A stretch of 32,040 nt of DNA from an uncultured Hyphomonadaceae bacterium (GTDB lineage: Bacteria; Pseudomonadota; Alphaproteobacteria; Caulobacterales; Hyphomonadaceae), in NCBI GenBank assembly GCA_937873805.1, contig CALMWO010000325.1, positions 1 through 32,040 of the forward strand, given 5' to 3'. Position 1 is the stretch's first letter. Each line of letters opens with the position of its first letter. A program made the position numbers and the translations under genes. Below the pieces are notes generated by a model. It was not told where the DNA came from. It searched no databases and was given only the letters and a program-made list of their open reading frames with translations. Shown one piece after another: positions 27,211 to 32,040 of this stretch.

Positions 27211-28203
27211 CTAGAGCATCGCCGGGATGACGCGATCTGGCGGTTTGTGACCGTCAGCGAAGGTCTTGATGTTGATGATGACCTTCTCGCCCATGTCCAC
27301 GCGGCCCTCGAGCGTCGCCGAACTCATGTGCGGCAGCAGGACGACGTTGCGCAGGGCTTTCAGACGCGGGTTCACATTGGGCTCGTTCTCGAACACGTCG
27401 AGCCCGGCGCCAGCGATCTCGCCATTTTCCAGCGCACGGATCATGGCCGCTTCGTCGACGACTTCGCCGCGCGCCGTGTTCACCAGATAGGCTTCCGGTT
27501 TCATCAGCTTGATGCGCCGCGCGCTCATCAGATGGAAGGTCGCGGGCGTGTGCGGGCAATTGATGGAGACGATGTCCATCCGGGCCAGCATCTGGTCGAG
27601 GCTTTCCCAATAGGTCGCCTCAAGCTGTTCAGCGACCTGATCGCGAACCGGCTTCCGGTTGTGATAGTGAACCTGCAGGCCGAAGGCGCGGGCGCGTTTG
27701 GCCACTGCCGTGCCAATGCGGCCCATGCCGATAATGCCCAGCCGCTTGCCGTAGATACGCCGGCCGAGCATCCAGGTCGGCGACCAGCCAACGAACTGGC
27801 CGGACTGCATGGCGCTCACGCCGTCCACGATGCGGCGGGGCGCAGCAAGGATCAGCGCCATCGTCATGTCGGCCGTGTCTTCGGTCAGCACGCCCGGCGT
27901 GTTCGTCACGGTGATGCCGCGCGAGACGCACGACTGCACGTCAATATTGTCCACGCCCACGCCGAACTGGGCGATCAGCCTCAGCCGGTCACCTGCCCGC
28001 GCCAGGACCCGGCCGTCGATCTTGTCGGTCAGCGTCGGCACCAGCACGTCGCAGCGCGCCGCAGCGTCGCACAGCTGCTCGATCGTCATCGGCGTGTCGG
28101 TCGTGTTGAGCTCGACGTCGAACAACTCGCTCATGCGCGTTTCGACCGGCTCGGGCAGCCGACGCGTCACAATGACCTTCACCTTCGGGCGGGACGTGGG
28201 CAT
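27211..28203 (-). CDS. D-isomer-specific 2-hydroxyacid dehydrogenase (glyoxylate/hydroxypyruvate reductase-like)
   Basis: The product carries GIIGMGRIGTAVAKRA (NAD binding), LVNTARGEVVDE, GLDVFENEP and LPHMSSAT. The start is at the ATG at 28201..28203 (MPTSRPKVKVIVTRRLP). Confidence 0.9.
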   Translation of the reverse strand: MPTSRPKVKVIVTRRLPEPVETRMSELFDVELNTTDTPMTIEQLCDAAARCDVLVPTLTDKIDGRVLARAGDRLRLIAQFGVGVDNIDVQSCVSRGITVTNTPGVLTEDTADMTMALILAAPRRIVDGVSAMQSGQFVGWSPTWMLGRRIYGKRLGIIGMGRIGTAVAKRARAFGLQVHYHNRKPVRDQVAEQLEATYWESLDQMLARMDIVSINCPHTPATFHLMSARRIKLMKPEAYLVNTARGEVVDEAAMIRALENGEIAGAGLDVFENEPNVNPRLKALRNVVLLPHMSSATLEGRVDMGEKVIINIKTFADGHKPPDRVIPAML

Positions 28204-28429
28204 GCCTCGGGGCGTTCCTCTGCTCTTGGCGCGCGGGCTGCCCCGTCTCACCTTTCCTGCGGTGTAGCAAGGCGATGCCGCCGGGCCAACCGGCTCTCAA
28301 TCGCTCAAACACGATACTCTTATGGCAAATGCGGAATTCACCCTGTTTTCCCGCACGTGGTTAAGCGCACTTTCACCACCCCGTGCTTTTTTGACCTCCC
28401 GCCTCTCCACCACGAGGAAATGCCGCCCC

Positions 28430-28996
28430 GTGAGCGAAAAACGCATCCGTCTCGTCACTTTGCTGGCTGTTGCGCAGATTTTCGGCGCCACGGCCGCCTA
28501 CGCGCAGGACCAGCTCGCGCCCGGCAGCTTCAAGGCTTACGCGCCCGAGAGCATGGAACCGCGGGTCAGCGACTTCTCCGGCAAACCCGTCCCCCGTTAT
28601 GCCAGCCTGCGGCATGACACCGTGAACGGCCGCTCCGGCCCCAGCCTCGATTACCCCATCCGCTGGACCTATGAACGCGCCGGCCTGCCAGTCGTGATCG
28701 TGCGCGAAAGCCAGGACTGGCGCAAAATCCGTGATCCGATGGGCGATGAGGTCTGGGTCAACAAATCCCAGCTGGCCGCCGAACGCACCGCCATCACCAA
28801 CGAAACCGGCGCAATCTTCCGGGAAGCTAACCCGCGTTCCGCCCGCCTTGCCCGTTTTGAAGCCGGCGCGGTGGTGTCCCTTGGCAATTGCGATGGCGCA
28901 TGGTGCCAGGTGGTCGCAGAGGGCCATGAAGGCTGGGTTCGCAAGGCTCAGCTCTGGGGCGTCGACCCGCTGATCGCCGCTCCCGGAAATCGCTAG
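28430..28996 (+). CDS. exported SH3-like domain protein (DUF1058 / COG3807 type)
   Basis: The GTG at 28430 has GAGGAA 10 nt upstream, and it places a canonical signal peptide (SEKRIRLVTLLAVAQIFGATAAYA/QD) at the N-terminus. The core PVPRYASLRHDTVNGRSGPSLDYPIRWTYERAGLPV...DWRKIRDPMGDEVWV...CDGAWCQV matches DUF1058. The ATG at 28322 is the track alternative. Confidence 0.8.
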   Translation: MSEKRIRLVTLLAVAQIFGATAAYAQDQLAPGSFKAYAPESMEPRVSDFSGKPVPRYASLRHDTVNGRSGPSLDYPIRWTYERAGLPVVIVRESQDWRKIRDPMGDEVWVNKSQLAAERTAITNETGAIFREANPRSARLARFEAGAVVSLGNCDGAWCQVVAEGHEGWVRKAQLWGVDPLIAAPGNR

Positions 28997-29080
28997 GATT
29001 TTGCTGCGCCTGCGTTCGCCTCAGCGCGCTTGAGCCCCCTATCCCCCCGTGTTAACCGGCCTCTCCTTCCGGAGCGGCAT

Positions 29081-29623
29081 ATGACGCAGTCCCCCAATTC
29101 GCCTCACGCATTTCACACGCCGCAGGCGTCCTACACTTACGAGGAGCTGCTGAAGAGCGGCCGCGGCGAGCTTTTCGGGCCCGGCAACGCCCAGCTCCCG
29201 ACCCCGCCCATGCTGATGCTGGACCGGATCAAGGAAATCACCCTCGACGGCGGTTCGGCCAAACGCGGCCACATCGTTGCGGAACTCGATATCCACCCCG
29301 ATCTCTGGTTCTTCAAATGCCACTTCCCGGGGGATCCCGTGATGCCTGGCTGTCTTGGACTCGATGCAATGTGGCAGCTGGTCGGCTTCTGGCTCGGCTG
29401 GTCGGGCTCGCCCGGCAAAGGCCGCGCGCTTGGCGTCGGCGAGTGCAAATTCACGGGCCAGGTCACGCCGGACAAGAAGCTGGTGCGTTACGAGATCGAT
29501 ATCCGGCGGGCGATTCGCTCGCACCTGACGATGGGCATTGCTGACGGGACTGTGTTTCTGGATGGCGAAAAGATTTACCAGGCCAAGGACATGAAAGTTG
29601 GCTTGATCGCCGCCGCCGCGTAA
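29081..29623 (+). CDS. fabA: 3-hydroxydecanoyl-ACP dehydratase / trans-2-decenoyl-ACP isomerase
   Basis: GGAG lies 6 nt upstream of the ATG at 29081. The active-site region [32 protein letters not shown] is diagnostic for FabA. Confidence 0.95.
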   Translation: MTQSPNSPHAFHTPQASYTYEELLKSGRGELFGPGNAQLPTPPMLMLDRIKEITLDGGSAKRGHIVAELDIHPDLWFFKCHFPGDPVMPGCLGLDAMWQLVGFWLGWSGSPGKGRALGVGECKFTGQVTPDKKLVRYEIDIRRAIRSHLTMGIADGTVFLDGEKIYQAKDMKVGLIAAAA

Positions 29624-29686
29624 AAATCAGGTTCTGCGTACGCCGCGCATGTCGGCGTCACGAGGTTCATTAGGGAGCTGCACGCC

Positions 29687-30928
29687 ATGGCCGCCAACGG
29701 CCCAGATCTTCGCCGGGTAGTCGTCACGGGCATGGGCATCGTGTCCTCCATCGGCGACACGATTCGCGAAGTCACCGACAGCCTCAAGCAGGGCAAGTCG
29801 GGCATCAGCTTCATCCAGGACTACGCCGACAAGGGGTTCAAGTCCCAGGTCGCCGGCAAGCCGAACGCCATGCCGGAAGACCATGTCGACAAGCGCGCGA
29901 TGCGCTTCATGGGCGATGGCGCCGGCTGGTGCCACATGTCGATGACGCAGGCGATTGCCGACGCCGGCCTCGACGAAAGCATCATCTCTAACCCGCGCAC
30001 GGGGCTTATTGTCGGAACCGGCGGCCCGAGCACGCGCGCCATCGTGGCCGCCGCTGACTCCACCCGCGAAAAAGGCTCGCCCCGCCGCATCGGGCCGTTC
30101 GCCGTGCCCAAGGCGATGTCGTCGACCGCATCGGCGACGCTCTCCACCCTCTTCAAGATTCTCGGCGTGAACTATTCGATCTCGTCCGCCTGCACGACGT
30201 CGCTGCATTGCGTCGGCGCAGCCACCGAACAGATCCAGTGGGGCAAGCAGGATGTGATGTTCGCCGGCGGCGGCGAAGAACTCGACTGGACGCTCTCCGC
30301 CCTGTTCGACGGGCTCGGCGCCATGTCGTCGAAATACAATACCGAACCTCATCGTGCATCGCGGGCTTACGACGCCGATCGCGACGGCTTCGTGATCGCG
30401 GGCGGCGCAGGCATGCTCGTGCTGGAAGAGTACGAACACGCCAAGCGCCGCGGCGCGACCATCTATGGCGAAATCGCCGGCTATGGCGCGACCTCGGATG
30501 GCTTCGACATGGTCGCCCCGTCGGGTGAAGGCGCAGCCCGCGCCATGCGCCTTGCGATGAGCCAGGCGGGCCGCGCGCCCGACTATCTCAACCCGCACGC
30601 AACCTCGACGCCGGTTGGCGACATGAAGGAACTGGAAGCCGTCCGCGAAGTCTTCGGCCAGCAGGCCTCCGACCAGCCGATGATCTCCGCCACCAAGTCG
30701 ATGACCGGCCACTCGCTCGGCGGCGCCGGCGTGCAGGAGCTGATCTATTCGCTGATCATGATGAAGGAGAAATTCGTCGCTCCTTCGATCAACATCGACA
30801 AGCTCGACCCCCTCGCCTACGGCGTCAACATCATCCGCGAAGCCCGCGAAGCGGTCATCAAGATGGTGATGTCGAACTCGTTCGGCTTCGGCGGAACGAA
30901 CGGCTCCGTCATGGTCGCGAAGGTCTGA
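29687..30928 (+). CDS. fabB: beta-ketoacyl-ACP synthase I
   Basis: The product carries VVVTGMGIVSSIG, the active-site Cys in ISSACTTS, HATSTPVGD, KSMTGHSLG and NSFGFGGTN. GGGAG lies 9 nt upstream of the ATG, and the gene sits directly downstream of fabA. Confidence 0.95.
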   Translation: MAANGPDLRRVVVTGMGIVSSIGDTIREVTDSLKQGKSGISFIQDYADKGFKSQVAGKPNAMPEDHVDKRAMRFMGDGAGWCHMSMTQAIADAGLDESIISNPRTGLIVGTGGPSTRAIVAAADSTREKGSPRRIGPFAVPKAMSSTASATLSTLFKILGVNYSISSACTTSLHCVGAATEQIQWGKQDVMFAGGGEELDWTLSALFDGLGAMSSKYNTEPHRASRAYDADRDGFVIAGGAGMLVLEEYEHAKRRGATIYGEIAGYGATSDGFDMVAPSGEGAARAMRLAMSQAGRAPDYLNPHATSTPVGDMKELEAVREVFGQQASDQPMISATKSMTGHSLGGAGVQELIYSLIMMKEKFVAPSINIDKLDPLAYGVNIIREAREAVIKMVMSNSFGFGGTNGSVMVAKV

Positions 30929-30945
30929 GCACGCCCGCCAGCGTC

Positions 30946-30968
30946 ATCCTCGGGCTTGACCCGAGGAT
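30946..30968 (+). terminator. perfect 9-bp hairpin after fabB (possible terminator or REP-like palindromic element)
   Basis: ATCCTCGGG (30946..30954) pairs with CCCGAGGAT (30960..30968) around a 5-nt loop. It begins 17 nt after the fabB stop and is followed by the pyrimidine-rich tail CTTCCTTTCCTTCC, which is not a clean U-tract. Confidence 0.45.
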
Positions 30969-31152
30969 CTTCCTTTCCTTCCGCAAGTCATCTCGGCCGC
31001 ACAACTCCGCGTAATTCCTGCGCCGTAATGTAGGATGGCCATCCCCACTTCGTGCGCTTTCGCCAACGGATTCAAAGACCTCATCGAACCGAAACGGTGG
31101 ACAGCGGGATCAGCCATCCCACACCCCGCAAGCCCAGTGCGATACTGCGCAC

Positions 31153-31836
31153 ATGACCGAGCCCGCCTCTTCCCCGAAGCTTGACCCCGCCAGCTCTGGC
31201 GCGCTGGATTTCCTGCGCGCGCTTGTCGCTGCGATGGCGCGTGTCTTCTTCACGCCCGTCGCCCTGCTGGCCCGCAGGACGATCCCGACGGATCAGCGCA
31301 ACACCTTCCTCAGTCAGCTTCGTCCCATCGAGCTCCTGCTCCGCCGCATCTTCATGGTCGAGGCTTTGCGCATCGCGCCGGCGGTCCGCCTCGCGGATGC
31401 AATGCGCGTGAGCCTCGGCCCTTTGCCTGCGCGCCCGCAAAGACCGCTCGACCCTCAGGACTCCACCCGCTGGCCCGTCACGTTCTGCACCGTCCCGCCG
31501 CGTGAAAATCCGCGCGACCGCCGCTACAAGGCGCTCCTCGCCCGCGCGCGCCTTCACGCGGCCAATGCGGTGGAGACGAAGCCGCCACGTCCGCCGCTGC
31601 GTGAGCACCATCCCACGCGGCCGCTGGCCTTGCGGCTCGAAGCGCTGATTCGCGCCGCCGCCAATCCCGCCGGCCACATTCAGCGTCTGGCCCGCCGCTT
31701 CTCGCGCGCCATGCCGCGCCGGGTGGAAGCGTTGTTCGCGCCACAATTTACGCCCTGGAGCGATTTCAACGACCATCTGGGCCGCCTCCAGGCCGAGGTG
31801 ACACGCCTTTTCGTGCAGTTCGCCGACAGCTCATGA
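31153..31836 (+). CDS. hypothetical protein (227 aa), Arg/Pro/Ala-rich, no recognisable domain
   Basis: Third codon positions in this frame are overwhelmingly G/C. The overlapping antisense ORF 31081..31776 has the G/C enrichment at its first positions, so the plus frame is the coding one. No clear SD precedes the ATG at 31153. Confidence 0.6.
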   Translation: MTEPASSPKLDPASSGALDFLRALVAAMARVFFTPVALLARRTIPTDQRNTFLSQLRPIELLLRRIFMVEALRIAPAVRLADAMRVSLGPLPARPQRPLDPQDSTRWPVTFCTVPPRENPRDRRYKALLARARLHAANAVETKPPRPPLREHHPTRPLALRLEALIRAAANPAGHIQRLARRFSRAMPRRVEALFAPQFTPWSDFNDHLGRLQAEVTRLFVQFADSS

Positions 31837-31959
31837 TGGGCCCCAACCAACCAGCCTGCCTGCCCTGCGGCCTGCCGTGGGGTCGCGGCTGCATGTGCGC
31901 CCAAACTTGACGCGCCAGCGCCGCTCACCTACCCCGCGATCTCAGCAAAGGAGCCTCCC

Positions 31960-32040
31960 ATGGCCGACTGGACCTTCCCCAAAGGTGACCTGATGAAGGG
32001 CAAGCGCGGCCTCATCATGGGCGTCGCGAACGACAAGTCG
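31960..32040 (+). CDS. fabI: enoyl-ACP reductase, 5' end only (runs off the window)
   Basis: AAAGGAG lies 6 nt upstream of the ATG at 31960. The product MADWTFPKGDLMKGKRGLIMGVANDKS matches the FabI N-terminal dinucleotide-binding motif (GKxxLIxGVANxxSIA). Confidence 0.85.
   Translation, partial: MADWTFPKGDLMKGKRGLIMGVANDKS

Noticed and set aside
28357-28371. CtrA-box-like TTAA-N7-TTCA in the intergenic region between the 2-hydroxyacid dehydrogenase gene and the DUF1058 gene
   Set aside because: The second half-site deviates from TTAA(C). It is a single occurrence and there is no supporting context.
27247-28617. 456-codon ORF on the plus strand
   Set aside because: It is antisense to the 2-hydroxyacid dehydrogenase (GIIGMGRIG, NTARG, PHMSSAT on the minus strand). 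It shows no motifs, so it is a shadow ORF.
29627-30712. 361-codon ORF on the minus strand
   Set aside because: It is antisense to fabB, whose KAS I motifs are unmistakable on the plus strand.
31081-31776. 231-codon minus-strand ORF overlapping the orphan gene
   Set aside because: Its first codon positions coincide with the G/C-rich third positions of the plus-strand frame 31153..31836. That is the pattern expected of an antisense shadow. The product is Arg/Gly-rich.
1-32040. Search for mobile elements, CRISPR arrays, rRNA/tRNA genes and canonical defence genes
   Set aside because: I saw no transposase, integrase or recombinase motifs, no terminal inverted repeats bracketing a gene block, no regularly spaced repeats and no tRNA-like cloverleaf candidates. 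No nuclease, methylase or toxin-antitoxin-like gene pairs were recognised, and GC content looks uniform by eye.

Overview
This is a high-GC, tightly packed chromosomal segment, probably from an alphaproteobacterium. That guess rests on a DUF1674 gene, a DUF1058/SH3 gene upstream of fabA-fabB-(fabI), and a heparinase II/III-like gene beside rpe. I support about 32 protein-coding genes, mostly housekeeping: rpe, rsmB, an htpX-like M48 peptidase, glk, a YbaL/Kef-type antiporter, a CDF metal exporter, a GT2 glycosyltransferase, an aldehyde dehydrogenase, coaBC, dut, a MoeB/ThiF-family E1-like enzyme, a 2-hydroxyacid dehydrogenase, fabA, fabB and the 5' end of fabI. I also call two clear Rho-independent terminators and a few weaker stem-loops. 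I found no rRNA, tRNA, CRISPR array, transposase, integrase or obvious low-GC island, and no recognisable defence-island signature. Four things do not look routine. (1) One 1205-codon ORF fuses a heparinase II/III-like domain to a complete membrane-anchored PglF/WbpM/CapD-type sugar dehydratase, and the junction still looks like a former gene boundary. (2) About 1 kb carrying an orphan 227-codon gene sits between fabB and fabI. (3) Two tandem exported MBL-fold paralogs lie divergent from an exported PvdQ-like Ntn acylase, a possible acyl-homoserine-lactone or beta-lactam processing module. (4) A stand-alone PIF1/RecD-like helicase is wedged between dut and moeB. All functional calls come from motif recognition by eye, and no database search was run. 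Many long ORFs in the track are antisense shadows typical of high-GC DNA and were rejected.
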